A stretch of 64,000 bases of DNA from an uncultured Alphaproteobacteria bacterium. GTDB taxonomy: Bacteria; Pseudomonadota; Alphaproteobacteria; Sphingomonadales; Sphingomonadaceae. Made by a program: the position numbers and the translations under genes. Location: contig CAWBWP010000004.1 in the NCBI GenBank assembly GCA_963792555.1, positions 592,578-656,577 of the forward strand, written 5' to 3'. The notes beneath the pieces were generated by a model. The model was not told the DNA's origin, made no database searches, and saw nothing but the letters and a program-made list of their open reading frames with translations. Positions 27,552 through 37,450 of this stretch are shown in pieces (the first letter of the stretch is position 1; every line of letters begins with the position of its first letter).

Positions 27552-28240
27552 ACGCGGCGAAGCTTCTCGTCGTCGACGACGACCTCGCGATCCGGCGGCT
27601 GCTCGTCCGTACTCTCGACCGCGCCGGTTATGCGGTCGTCGAGGCGGCCGACGCCCGCGCCGCGCTTGCGGCCCGCGACATCGACAAGCCCGACCTCGTC
27701 CTCCTCGACCTTGGGCTGCCCGACCGCGACGGGCTCGAACTGCTGCCGCTGCTCGTCCGCGCGCCCGGCCCGGCGGTGATCGTCCTGACGGCCCGCGACG
27801 CAACCGACGAGAAGATCGCCGCGCTCGACCTCGGGGCCGACGATTATGTCACCAAGCCGTTCGATACCGACGAGCTTCTCGCCCGCGTCCGCTCGGCGCT
27901 TCGTCGGGGCACGCGGGCCAACGCCGAGCGCATCGTCGTCGGGTTCGGCGACGCGACCATCGATCTCGCCCGGCGCCGAGTATCGCGCGAGGGAGCGGAG
28001 GTGCGGCTGACGCCGAAGGAATACGGGCTGCTCGCAGAACTGGCCCGTCACCCCGGGCGCGTGTTGACCCACGCCCACCTGCTCCGGACGGTATGGGGTC
28101 CAGCGCACACCGACGATGTCGAATATCTCCGCGTCACCATTCGCGCGTTGCGCCGCAAGCTCGAAGCCGACCCGTCACTGCCCGTTGTGCTGCGCAACGA
28201 ACCCGGAGTCGGCTATCGGTTGGAAACGAAGGAAGATTGA
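27548..28240 (+). CDS. kdpE: response regulator KdpE (OmpR family), intact
   Basis: The GTG overlaps the kdpD stop (GTGA at 27548-27551). VNAAKLLVVDDDLAIRRLLVRTLDRAGYAVVEAADARAALA...LLDLGLPDRDG...RLTPKEYGLLAELARHPGRVLTHAHLLRTVWG...GVGYRLETKED*. Confidence 0.85.
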   Translation: MNAAKLLVVDDDLAIRRLLVRTLDRAGYAVVEAADARAALAARDIDKPDLVLLDLGLPDRDGLELLPLLVRAPGPAVIVLTARDATDEKIAALDLGADDYVTKPFDTDELLARVRSALRRGTRANAERIVVGFGDATIDLARRRVSREGAEVRLTPKEYGLLAELARHPGRVLTHAHLLRTVWGPAHTDDVEYLRVTIRALRRKLEADPSLPVVLRNEPGVGYRLETKED

Positions 28241-28460
28241 GTGCCTGCGTCGGCGTGGCGGCTCCTGCGCTTTCACGCTTCGTCGACAGCCCGCCCAAGG
28301 TCGTTCCATCGAGGGCACGCGCGGCGCGGGCGCGGATCGCGGCGCGACGTGCGTCCATGCCCAAGCTCGCGCTGCCGCAGGGTCGGATCGTCCGCGCCGC
28401 TGCGCCGTACTTGAGGAAGGGGGCCGCCGTCGCAGCCCCCTTCGGATCAGGCCAACGGGA

Positions 28461-29060
28461 TCAGGCGATGACGGCGCGCGGCGAGCGACGGCGGGCGGCG
28501 ATGCCGACCAGCCCGAAGCCCGCGATCATCAGAACCCACGTCGATGCGTCGGGCACCGCCGCGATCGAGATGTTGTCGAGATAGCCACCCAGCGAGTCCG
28601 ACGTACCGGTCGCCGCGAACGTCAACGCGCCGCCGGTCGTGGCGAACTTGACGCTGCGCAGCGCCCACATCGTGTCGCCGCCGCCGTTGCCGGTCACCGC
28701 GTCAAGCGCCGTCGAGCCGATCGACAGCGTGATCCCATTCGAGGCGGCACCGACGCCCGGGCGCGGCGAGTAATAATAGCTGACGAGATATGTCCCCTTG
28801 CCGAGCGTATGGAACATGGAGCTGTTGGCAAAGGTGTCGAGCTCGACGAGGTTCGGGCTCGAGAACGGCGTCCCGGCAGCATGGTTCTGGATTTCGATGC
28901 CGTTTGTCGTGCTCGTCCAGCCTTCGATCGTCGACACGGTCGTGTAGCTGCCGGCGCCAAGCGCGAGCAAGTCGAAGTTCGAGGTAAGAATGACAGTGGC
29001 GTCCGCCACGGTGGCAGTGCCGAGGGCAAGCGCGCCAGCAATAATAAACTTCAGGCTCAT
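28461..29060 (-). CDS. PEP-CTERM sorting-domain secreted protein
   Basis: GGAGAG RBS. MSLKFIIAGALALGTATVADA signal peptide. The C-terminus ...ISIAAVPDASTWVLMIAGFGLVGIAARRRSPRAVIA has the VPxxSTW, hydrophobic helix, RRR arrangement. Confidence 0.8.
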   Translation of the reverse strand: MSLKFIIAGALALGTATVADATVILTSNFDLLALGAGSYTTVSTIEGWTSTTNGIEIQNHAAGTPFSSPNLVELDTFANSSMFHTLGKGTYLVSYYYSPRPGVGAASNGITLSIGSTALDAVTGNGGGDTMWALRSVKFATTGGALTFAATGTSDSLGGYLDNISIAAVPDASTWVLMIAGFGLVGIAARRRSPRAVIA

Positions 29061-29512
29061 CGCAACTCTCCAACATCTTGACTGACTTACCCAATGCAAT
29101 GCAAACGACGTGCCAACTTCAGGCTACTTGACGCAGATCGTGGTAAGTGAAGAGCAAACCAAAGAGTTACATTGTGTTAACGGGGCGGCAGGGTGACCAT
29201 GCGGAGGTACGCTCAGGTTGATCCGCAGGCAAACTGTCGGATTATTTTACACTTTCCCCCGTTGGACGATCAGCAGGCGCGACGACCTCTCCCTTCGCGC
29301 CAACGATGAGGCAGGGTCAGACAGTCGGCGCGCTGGCGAGCTTCCGGTAAGCAGTCCCTTGTTCAGCTTGGTGAACGGCCGGTTCCGGTTTTGCGGCAAC
29401 ATGCGTCCTGCGTCAGGAGCGGATGGCACCGGTCACACATCTGCACCCGCCGACGCGATTGACGCGCGGCACACCCATCCCGACATGGCGCATAGTCGAT
29501 GCCGAGGACGCC

Positions 29513-30115
29513 ATGACTCCAGATGAACGTGCCCTGCTGACCAGCTTCCTGCGCGACCTGACCGCGACCCGCGGCACGGCCAGGGATGCCGAGGCCGATG
29601 CGCTGATCCGCGACACGCTCGCGGCGAACCCCGACGCGGCCTATCTGCTGGTCCAGCACGCGATCGTCGCCGATCAGGCGCTGCACGCGGCGCAGGCGCG
29701 GATCGCCGACCTCGAGGCGCAGGCCCGCGCGGTGGCCGCGCCGCAGACGAGCTTCCTCCCGCCGCGGGTGAACCCGTGGGACAATCCGGTGGCCGCGCCC
29801 GCTCCGGCCTATGGCTACAGCCAGACCTACGGACAGACGTACACGCCGCCCCCGCCCGAGGCTCGGCCGAGCATCTTTGGCGGCGGCGGAGGCGTGGGCA
29901 GCTTCCTGCGGAGCGCCGGCACGACGGCGGCGGGCGTCGCGGGCGGCGAGATGCTGTTCAGCGGCCTGTCCGACCTGTTCGGCGGCCACCACGGGGCGCA
30001 GGGCTTTGGCGGTTTCGACACGCCGCGCGAGGAGGTCGTCATCAACAACGACAATGACGGCGACCGCGACTTCGGCGGCAGCGACGGCGACTTCAGCGAC
30101 GACGGCGGGTTGTGA
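29513..30115 (+). CDS. DUF2076-family protein with a Gly/Asp-rich C-terminal tail
   Basis: GAGGA RBS. MTPDERALLTSFLRDLTATRGTARDAEADALIRDTLAANPDAAYLLVQHAIVADQALHAAQARIADLEAQAR... then a low-complexity GGGGVGSF...DNDGDRDFGGSDGDFSDDGGL* tail. Confidence 0.55.
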   Translation: MTPDERALLTSFLRDLTATRGTARDAEADALIRDTLAANPDAAYLLVQHAIVADQALHAAQARIADLEAQARAVAAPQTSFLPPRVNPWDNPVAAPAPAYGYSQTYGQTYTPPPPEARPSIFGGGGGVGSFLRSAGTTAAGVAGGEMLFSGLSDLFGGHHGAQGFGGFDTPREEVVINNDNDGDRDFGGSDGDFSDDGGL

Positions 30116-30257
30116 TCCGCCGGGGCGGCCGCGAAGCGTGCAGCGTTGGGGGCGGCGAGGCAAGGCGCGGGAGCTTCCACGGGGGCGGGAGTTCGGCCGC
30201 GTCCCTGCCGCGGAGGGCTCGCCCGTGCCCGAGCCGATGATTTTCGGCTGACAATCC

Positions 30258-30928
30258 TCGTGACCGCGGCAGATCGTCCGATCGTACCGTGGCGTTTTGC
30301 CGTCGGGGTGCTGCTGCACTTGGCGCTCCCGGTCTACGTCGTGGCAATCGCTGCGGTGCTATTGGCGTCGCACCAGCCGTTCGTGCTGGCGTCGGCGCTT
30401 CGCCTGACCTTGACCACCAGCCTTTGGTTTCTGCCCGCCTATGGCGCGGCCACCGTTGCTGTCGCGGCCGCCGCCAGCTTTGCCGACTCGCACCTGCGTC
30501 GGCGTCGCGTTGCCAGGTCGAAGCTCGATCCCGGTGTCGCAAAGCGTCAATCCGAACAGCGAGTTGCCGACGCGGCGAAGGCGATAGGGGGTGCGCCAGG
30601 TTCGCACGCAACCGCGTCTCGGCGCGTCGGCGAGGCGATGACACTTCTCGCGCAGGGGCCCTGGCGCCACGGCGAGAAGGCGTATCAAGCCCTCTCATCG
30701 GACCTGGCAATGGCGGTCCGGGCATTCGCCGCATCGATCAACGCGTCCGAAGCCGCGCAACTGGCGGAGGTCGACGGTCTGGCCGCCGCCGCTCTCGAGC
30801 AACTCGCAGCCGAGCTGCGCCGGCTCAACACGGCGCACGACAGGCTCGACCATGGCGATGCGAAGGTCGCAGCCCGCTATATCGATCTGCGGTACGGGGC
30901 AGACAAATTCTCTGGTGACGACCTCTGA
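30258..30928 (+). CDS. hypothetical membrane protein (2-3 TM helices plus a soluble helical domain). Start uncertain
   Basis: ...PWRFAVGVLLHLALPVYVVAIAAVLLASHQPFVLASALRLTLTTSLWFLPAYGAATVAVAAAASF... then a hydrophilic, coiled region ...AQLAEVDGLAAAALEQLAAELRRLNTAHDRL. The 3' end is 62 nt before the flotillin gene. The GTG at 30258 is a guess. An in-frame ATG at 30146 is further upstream. Confidence 0.35.
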
Positions 30929-30989
30929 TACGGGGTATTTGACGTCGGTCCCGCAGCCGTCCGGCTGAGGACCCTGGGGCAGATCCGCG

Positions 30990-33011
30990 ATGGAAAACTT
31001 CTTCGTGCTCGGCGCAATCGCGGCCGTGTTCGCGGTCATGCTCGTCGTGCTCGTCGTATCGCGCTGCGTCCGGTATGTCGGGAACAACCGGGTTGCCATC
31101 GTCGAGAAGCTGTGGAGTTCAGCCGGATCGATCAGCGGCGGGCTGATCGCCTTGGCGGGCGAGGCCGGCTACCAGCCCGACGTGCTGCGCGGCGGCTACC
31201 ACTTCTTCTTCCCGTTCCAGTACCGCATCCACATCCAGCCACTGGTGACGATTCCCCAGGGTCAGATCGGCTATGTCTTCGCCCGCGACGGCACCCCGCT
31301 TGGTCCGACGCAGACGCTGGCGAGCAACGTCAAGACCGCCGATTTCCTCGACGTCCGGCGCTTCCTTACCGATGGCGGCCAGAAGGGGCCGCAACGGACA
31401 ATCCTGCGTGAGGGCACCTACGCAATCAACCTGGCGCAGTTCGTCGTGCTGACCCAGGAGCGCATCTATGGGCTGCAGCTCGAGACCGCCGACGACAACC
31501 TGTTCGTCGAGATGCAGAACATCATTGCCCAGCGCGGCGGCTTCGAGGCGGTGGTGTTGAAGGACGCCGACGACATGATCGGCGTCGTCACCGTCCACGA
31601 CGGTCCGGCACTGACCGCGGACCAGATCATCGCGCCGCAGGTGGGGATCGACCAGGGCGACGCGGCGACGTTCCACAACAGCTTCCAGGATCCAGAGAAA
31701 TTCATCGCCGCCGGTGGTCGCCGCGGGCGCCAGCTGCAAGTGTTGGTCGAGGGCAGCTACTTCATCAACCGTCTGTTCGCGACGGTCGAGAAGGTGCCCA
31801 AGACCATCATCGACGTCGGTCATGTCGGCGTCGTCATCTCGTACACCGGCGAAACCGGTACCGACACGTCGGGTGAAAGCTATCGCCACGGCGAGCTCGT
31901 CGCCCGCGGCAGCCGCGGCGTGTGGAGCGAACCACTGCTACCGGGCAAGTACGCATTCAACACCTATGCGGGCAAGATCATCATCGTGCCCACGACCAAC
32001 TTCATCTTGAAGTGGGACCAGGCAACGACCGGGCAGCACAAGCTCGACGAGAACCTCTCCGAAGTCTCGCTGATCACACGCGATGCCTTCGAGCCGACGC
32101 TGCCGCTTTCGGTCGTGGTTCATATCGATTACCGCAAGGCACCGCTCGTCATCCAGCGCTTCGGGGACATCAAGAAGCTCGTCGAGCAGACGCTCGATCC
32201 GATGGTGTCGGCGTACTTCAAGAACATCGCCCAGAAGAAGACGCTGATCGAGCTGCTGCAGGATCGCAGCGACATCCAGGAACAGGCCGGCGACGAAATG
32301 CGGGCGAAGTTTTCAGCCTACAACCTCGAGCTGCAGGAGGTGCTGATCGGCACGCCGCGCGCGGCACCGGGCAACAACCAGATCGAGCAGGTGCTGCAGC
32401 AGCTTCGCCAGCGCCAGGTCGCCGAGGAGCAGGTCGCGACCTATCAGAAGCAGAGGGTCGCGGCGGAAGGCGAGAAGGACCTGCGGGAGGCGGAAGCGCG
32501 CGCCAAGCAGCAGACGGTGATCACCGAGTCCGAGCTGTCGATCACGGTTCAGGAAAACCAGGGCAAGGCGTCGCTCAGGCGCGCGACCCAGGAGGCGGAG
32601 CAGACCCGCACGCTGGCTCGCGCCGAGTCCGATCGCATGAAGATCATCGGCGAGGGCGAGGCGGCGAAGGTCGTGGCGCTCGCCGGAGCCGAGGCCGACC
32701 GGATCACCAAGACCGGGCTGGCGACGGCGGAGACAATCGAAAAGCAAGCCGCCGCCTCGGGCGGAGCCCAGTTCCAGCTTACCCGTCAGGTCGTCGAACG
32801 GCTCGCCGAGGCGCTGGAGAAGTCGGGTGTCGACATCGTGCCGCGTGTCCAGATCAGCTCCGGCGGCGACAAGGGGGAAGCGTCAGGGGGGTCGCTGATC
32901 CAGGCGCTCATTGGCATGATGCTCTCCGAGAAAGGCATGGCCCTGGGCGCAGCGACGGGCGCGGCGAACGACAAGGCGATAGGGCCGCCCAAGGTCATTG
33001 CTGCCGAATAG
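30990..33011 (+). CDS. flotillin / SPFH (band-7) domain protein, YqiK-like, 673 aa
   Basis: MENFFVLGAIAAVFAVMLVVLVVSRCVRYVGNNRVAIVEKLW (N-terminal TM plus SPFH start). Then a long coiled-coil region (...QVAEEQVATYQKQRVAAEGEKDLREAEARAKQQTVITESELS...EAEQTRTLARAESDRMKIIGEGEAAKVVALAGAEADRI...). Typical flotillin architecture. Confidence 0.8.
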   Translation: MENFFVLGAIAAVFAVMLVVLVVSRCVRYVGNNRVAIVEKLWSSAGSISGGLIALAGEAGYQPDVLRGGYHFFFPFQYRIHIQPLVTIPQGQIGYVFARDGTPLGPTQTLASNVKTADFLDVRRFLTDGGQKGPQRTILREGTYAINLAQFVVLTQERIYGLQLETADDNLFVEMQNIIAQRGGFEAVVLKDADDMIGVVTVHDGPALTADQIIAPQVGIDQGDAATFHNSFQDPEKFIAAGGRRGRQLQVLVEGSYFINRLFATVEKVPKTIIDVGHVGVVISYTGETGTDTSGESYRHGELVARGSRGVWSEPLLPGKYAFNTYAGKIIIVPTTNFILKWDQATTGQHKLDENLSEVSLITRDAFEPTLPLSVVVHIDYRKAPLVIQRFGDIKKLVEQTLDPMVSAYFKNIAQKKTLIELLQDRSDIQEQAGDEMRAKFSAYNLELQEVLIGTPRAAPGNNQIEQVLQQLRQRQVAEEQVATYQKQRVAAEGEKDLREAEARAKQQTVITESELSITVQENQGKASLRRATQEAEQTRTLARAESDRMKIIGEGEAAKVVALAGAEADRITKTGLATAETIEKQAAASGGAQFQLTRQVVERLAEALEKSGVDIVPRVQISSGGDKGEASGGSLIQALIGMMLSEKGMALGAATGAANDKAIGPPKVIAAE

Positions 33012-33126
33012 CGCGGAGCTCCCGGTAGATTTCTTTCACGCCGGGTTCGATCGCTGTCGTGGGTTCGACGACCCCACTCGGCCGTTCGGGAACTCCCATC
33101 GTTTTTGGAACCGGACAGTCGTCCGC

Positions 33127-33957
33127 TCACAACATCTCGAGCAGCTGCCGCCCCCGCGGCAGGGGGAAGGCGGCGTCGAGGGTGCCTAACTCGTCGTCAC
33201 TGAGTACGAGGTCGACCGCCGCCCGGTTCTCCCGGACATGCTCCACCGTACCGGCCTTTGGGATCGCGATCATTCCATCGCGCCGCAGTGTCCAGGCGAG
33301 CGCGATCTGCGCCGGCGTGACGCCGCGCCGCGTCGCGACCGCGGTCAGGCGCGGGTCGCGGACAAGCCTGCCCTGCTCGACCGGGCTATAGGCCATTGCT
33401 GCGACGCCGCGGTCGGTCAGCCACGGCAGCAGATCGTTTTCCGGGCCCCGCCGCGTGAGGTTGTAGAGGATCTGATCGGCCGCACACCCCGCCCCGCCAG
33501 CGGCGACGAGTTCGGCCATCGCATCGGCGTCAAGATTGCTGACGCCCCAATGGCGAATGCGGCCCGACGCCTTCAGCCGCTCCATCGCCTCCGCCGTTTC
33601 GCCGAGCGGCACCGACCCGCGCCAGTGGAGCAGGTAGAGGTCGATCCGGTCGGTCCGCAGGCGCTTGAGGCTCGCCTCGCACGCGCGCCACAGCCGATCG
33701 CGCGAAGCGTTCTGCGGATACGCCTTGCTGACAAGGAACACGCGGTCGCGGATGTCGCCGATCGCCTCGCCGACGAGCGTCTCGGCGGCGCCGTCGGCGT
33801 ACATCTCGGCGGTGTCGATCAGCGTCATGCCGAGGTCGATGCCGGTGCGCAGCGCCGCCATCTCGGCGGCCCGCCGGTCGCTCCGCTCGGCCATCTTCCA
33901 CGTCCCCTGGCCGAGGGCGGGGACGGTTTCCCCGCCCGGCAACGTTACCGTCTTCAT
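33127..33957 (-). CDS. aldo/keto reductase family oxidoreductase
   Basis: GGAGCAGAT ATG. MKTVTLPGGETVPALGQGTWKM...IDTAEMYADGAAETLVGEAI...RDRVFLVSK...IDLYLLHW...IRHWGVSNLD. The AKR catalytic tetrad context is present. Confidence 0.8.
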   Translation of the reverse strand: MKTVTLPGGETVPALGQGTWKMAERSDRRAAEMAALRTGIDLGMTLIDTAEMYADGAAETLVGEAIGDIRDRVFLVSKAYPQNASRDRLWRACEASLKRLRTDRIDLYLLHWRGSVPLGETAEAMERLKASGRIRHWGVSNLDADAMAELVAAGGAGCAADQILYNLTRRGPENDLLPWLTDRGVAAMAYSPVEQGRLVRDPRLTAVATRRGVTPAQIALAWTLRRDGMIAIPKAGTVEHVRENRAAVDLVLSDDELGTLDAAFPLPRGRQLLEML

Positions 33958-34394
33958 ATCTGCTCCGCGCCGGTCGTCTTCGTTATCGCGGAGAGGCAAC
34001 GCACCGCGATCGCTCAGGGTTCGCTTGCGGCGGTGCGGGTTCGCGCTCCCGGCTGTCGTGGCGCACGTCGCCGACGGCACGGGGTCGGGACTGTTTGCGG
34101 ATCGGCCCGGCAATGCCCGGGTGCGGGCGGTCGGGCGATGGCGGCGCGGCGTCGGCGATCAGCCCGGTCTCCAGCATGGGCGCGCCGGATGTACTCGCCG
34201 CGACCACAGGGACAGCGACGGGTTGGTCAAACTCATCGACGTCTGCGGCAACGACGTCGCCGAACCCGCCATTCAAGGCGGCAACCCTTCGAGGGCGCCG
34301 TAAAAACGGCTAGCCCATCGCTTGTCAGGCCAGTCGCCGGCGGAAACATGCCCGGGCCATGGGGTTCTAGGCGCTCAACTCTGAAGGTTTGGTC

Positions 34395-35438
34395 ATGGCT
34401 CCCTCGCGCTACCGTCCGCCGCATCAATTCGGCCTTGGTGGGGTTGCGATCGGCAACGAATTCCAGTTCGCGACCGACGAGCAGGCGGAAGCGACGCTCG
34501 CTGCCGCCTGGGACGCGGGCGTCCGCTATTTCGACGTGTCGCCCTGGTACGGCCTGGGACTGGCGGAACGGCGCTTCGGGCGCTTCCTCGCGAGGAAACC
34601 CCGCGACGAATTCGTCCTGTCGTCCAAGGTCGGCAAGCTGCTTCGCGCCAGCCGCAATCACAAGGCGAAGAAGTACTTTCCTTTCACCCCCTCCCCCAAC
34701 ACGCCGCATTTCGACTATACCGCCGACGGCGTCCTGCGCTCGATCGAGGATAGTTTGCAGCGCCTCGGGCTGGACCGGCTCGACATCGTCTTCGTCCACG
34801 ACCTGTCGCCGGACAACAAGTACCTGCCCGACGATTGGGAGTCGCTGTGGCCGGTCGCCGAGAAGGGCGCGTTCCCGGCGCTGACCCGCCTGCGCAAGGA
34901 GGGCGTCATCGACGCCTGGGGCATGGGCGTGAACTGCCCGCAGCCGATCCTGCGCTGCCTGGAGGTCGCCGACAGCGACGTCCACCTGCTCGCCAGCCAG
35001 TATTCGCTGGTCGACCACGGCAACGCCGTCGAACAGGTGTTCCCCAAGGCGCGCGAGGCGGGCGTCAGCTTCGTCGTCGGCTCGGCGCTCAACGCCGGCT
35101 TCCTCGGCGGCGAGCCGCGCTACAATTACGGTGAGGACAACACGATCATCCTCCACGACAAGCGCGAGCGGCTCGCCCGCCTGCGCGCGGTTGCCGCCCG
35201 CCACGGCGTCGACTTGGTCGCAGCTGCACTGCAGTTCAGCCTCGCGCCCGACGTCGCCTCGGCATTGATCGTCGGTACCGCCAGCCCGGCCCACATCCTT
35301 GCCGACCACGCCGCACTTCGGGCAAAGATCCCGCCCGCCTTCTGGGATGAGCTGAAGTCGGCCGGTATCCTCCACCCCGATGCCGCAGTGCCCGCCAACA
35401 GGGACCAAGACGATGCCGGGCAGGGTCGTGGCGGCTGA
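34395..35438 (+). CDS. aldo/keto reductase (D-threo-aldose / L-fucose dehydrogenase-like subfamily)
   Basis: GAAGG RBS. MAPSRYRPPHQFGLGGVAIGNEFQFATDEQAEATLAAAWDAGVRYFDVSPWYGLGLAERRFGRFL...DIVFVHD...IDAWGMGVN. An in-frame TTG at 34389 is an alternative start. Confidence 0.8.
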   Translation: MAPSRYRPPHQFGLGGVAIGNEFQFATDEQAEATLAAAWDAGVRYFDVSPWYGLGLAERRFGRFLARKPRDEFVLSSKVGKLLRASRNHKAKKYFPFTPSPNTPHFDYTADGVLRSIEDSLQRLGLDRLDIVFVHDLSPDNKYLPDDWESLWPVAEKGAFPALTRLRKEGVIDAWGMGVNCPQPILRCLEVADSDVHLLASQYSLVDHGNAVEQVFPKAREAGVSFVVGSALNAGFLGGEPRYNYGEDNTIILHDKRERLARLRAVAARHGVDLVAAALQFSLAPDVASALIVGTASPAHILADHAALRAKIPPAFWDELKSAGILHPDAAVPANRDQDDAGQGRGG

Positions 35439-35775
35439 AATGACGGGTTCGATGTCGCCGGCATGGGTCGGCCCCGAGCGTCTGCACTTCGCGGCCGATC
35501 ACGGCATCATCGTTACTGGCGCGCACGGCACGCCTGCGGGCAGCGCATGCGCCAACGGCGTCAGCCATGCGATCGGTGCGTCCTGACGCCAGCCGCCTGA
35601 CGACGATTGCGGCGGGGGCGACCTTGCCACCCCGCGGCTAGTCGAAGACAGCGGCCCGAAACCGGCTGTCGGGCATGCCCGCGCACGGCTGACGACGTGG
35701 CTCGTCATCCATCGCTGCAGGCAGCGGCGATGCGGCGCAGGCAGCGAACCGCGGGCGGTCATTTATGAAGTCCGC

Positions 35776-36408
35776 ATGAGATTGCTGCTGTTCGCCGTCG
35801 CGCTTGCGCTCGACCTGCTGGGATCGTCCGTCATGGCCACCGAAGAACCGCCATTTACCCTGTCGCTCAAGCACGGCGAGTTCGAGGTGCGCGATTACCC
35901 GCCGCTCGTCCTGGCAGAGGTTGCGGTGATGGGGAGCCGAACGGAGGCGGCGGGGAAGGGCTTTCGTCTTCTCGCCGGCTATATCTTCGGCGACAACACC
36001 GGGCGGCAGAAGATCGCCATGACCGCGCCGGTGATCCAGTTGCCGGCCGGTGAGACGATCGCGATGACCGCGCCGATGTTGCAGACCGGCGGCGACGGCA
36101 GGTGGATCGTCCGGTTCATCATGCCGCGCGGCGCGACGTTAGACACCCTGCCGCGCCCGAACAGTCCCAGGGTGCACCTCCACGCCCAAGCTGCGGCGCG
36201 CGTGGCGGTCGTCCGGTTCAGCGGCCTTGCCCGGTCGGATGACGTGGCGGCGAAAACGCTGGCCCTGTCGCGGTTCGTCGCGACGCAGCAGCTTCACGCC
36301 GCCGGCCCACCGTCGCTGGCGCAGTATGACCCACCGTGGACGTTATGGTTCATGCGCCGGAACGAGATCATGATCCCGGTCGGGTCCGCCGTGGGAGAGA
36401 AGAAATAA
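35776..36408 (+). CDS. SOUL heme-binding-protein family secreted protein
   Basis: MRLLLFAVALALDLLGSSVMATEEPPFTLSLKHGEFEVRDYPPLVLAEVAVMGSRTEAAGKGFRLLAGYIFGDN...IAMTAPV (duplicated 'IAMTAPV/M' motif typical of SOUL/HBP). A palindromic terminator CGGCCGGaCCGGCCG follows at 36412-36426. Confidence 0.75.
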   Translation: MRLLLFAVALALDLLGSSVMATEEPPFTLSLKHGEFEVRDYPPLVLAEVAVMGSRTEAAGKGFRLLAGYIFGDNTGRQKIAMTAPVIQLPAGETIAMTAPMLQTGGDGRWIVRFIMPRGATLDTLPRPNSPRVHLHAQAAARVAVVRFSGLARSDDVAAKTLALSRFVATQQLHAAGPPSLAQYDPPWTLWFMRRNEIMIPVGSAVGEKK

Positions 36409-36575
36409 CGGCCGGACCGGCCGGCCGCCGCTTTTACCGGCAAGGATATCGCCCGACCGCGATTGCGGTCGCGGGATCACAACCGGAACCGTTCCGACCC
36501 GCCGGGTCCCAAGTAACCTTCGGGTGCCATATCCGGGTCGCCTTGAGGACCGCGTCTGGCCGCTCTGTCCGTCGC

Positions 36576-37283
36576 CTACCGGGCCGGTGTGAAGCCCTCC
36601 AGCTCCGAGGTCCGCGTCTCGCTGCGGATGCCGTTGGAGCCATAATATTCCTCGATCGTCTTGACTGCCCGCTTGACCGCGGGAGCGTACCAGAACGCCT
36701 TGTATAGCCGGCCCGTGGCGTCGTGGGCGACCTGGCGATCGAGCCGGTTGACCACCGCTGCACCTTGGGCGTCGCTGCGGACCACGGCGGAACCTGTCAC
36801 CGCCGGAGCGATCGTTGCCGTCCACTGACCGGTCGCCTCGACCTTGATCGTGTCGAATGCGCCGCCCGGGACCGTCACCCGCTCGCCACCGACAACGCGG
36901 TAGGTCAGGTTCAGGCGTTCGCTCGAATGCTGGCGGTTCGGATTGCTCTCCCGATACTCGACGGTCCAGCTCTTTGCCGGCTGCAGCGGGAAGGCGAACG
37001 GGCGGTTGACCACCTGCTCCTGCCCGTCGACGCTGCGAAAGCGCGACCAGTCGTTGCCCAGCAGGATTTCCGTCGGCTGCAGCGTCGAGTCGACCTGATG
37101 GACGCGAACGACGACGGCATCGCCTTCCGTCCGGACGATACTGCTCTCATCGTGCGTCTCGGCAAAGCGCCCGTTGAGCTCGACCGTGTTCTTGTATCGC
37201 CACGTGTCGCCGGGCTGGAGCAACGGCGCCTCGGCCGTGACGGCGCTGGCCGCAAGGGCGACGAGAACAGGAACCACAAGCAT
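36576..37283 (-). CDS. hypothetical secreted protein
   Basis: GGGAGG RBS, then ATG. MLVVPVLVALAASAVTAEA signal peptide, followed by a non-repetitive ~215-aa domain. No recognisable family from memory. Confidence 0.5.
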   Translation of the reverse strand: MLVVPVLVALAASAVTAEAPLLQPGDTWRYKNTVELNGRFAETHDESSIVRTEGDAVVVRVHQVDSTLQPTEILLGNDWSRFRSVDGQEQVVNRPFAFPLQPAKSWTVEYRESNPNRQHSSERLNLTYRVVGGERVTVPGGAFDTIKVEATGQWTATIAPAVTGSAVVRSDAQGAAVVNRLDRQVAHDATGRLYKAFWYAPAVKRAVKTIEEYYGSNGIRSETRTSELEGFTPAR

Positions 37284-37450
37284 CACACCTCCCGCGGCAG
37301 CGCCAGGCAGATTAGCGCGCAAGCGATTGCAGCGAAAGGCGCGCGATGTCGGGGCGAGCCCGCGCGGTTCGGCAGGTGGATCATGGTGCGGGTACCATCG
37401 CGGCGGCGACCGGGCTGGCTACCGGTCGCCGCTGTCAGGTCCTGCGCTAC

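Noticed and set aside
29100-29500. Upstream region of the first PEP-CTERM gene, checked for the CCTTAATCTTTCA motif
   Set aside because: Only a weak resemblance (gtaactctttgg) was found, at a different distance. It is not counted as a motif copy.
35380-35586. 68-aa ORF overlapping the 3' end of the second AKR gene
   Set aside because: It is out of frame with, and embedded in, a well-supported gene, with no RBS.
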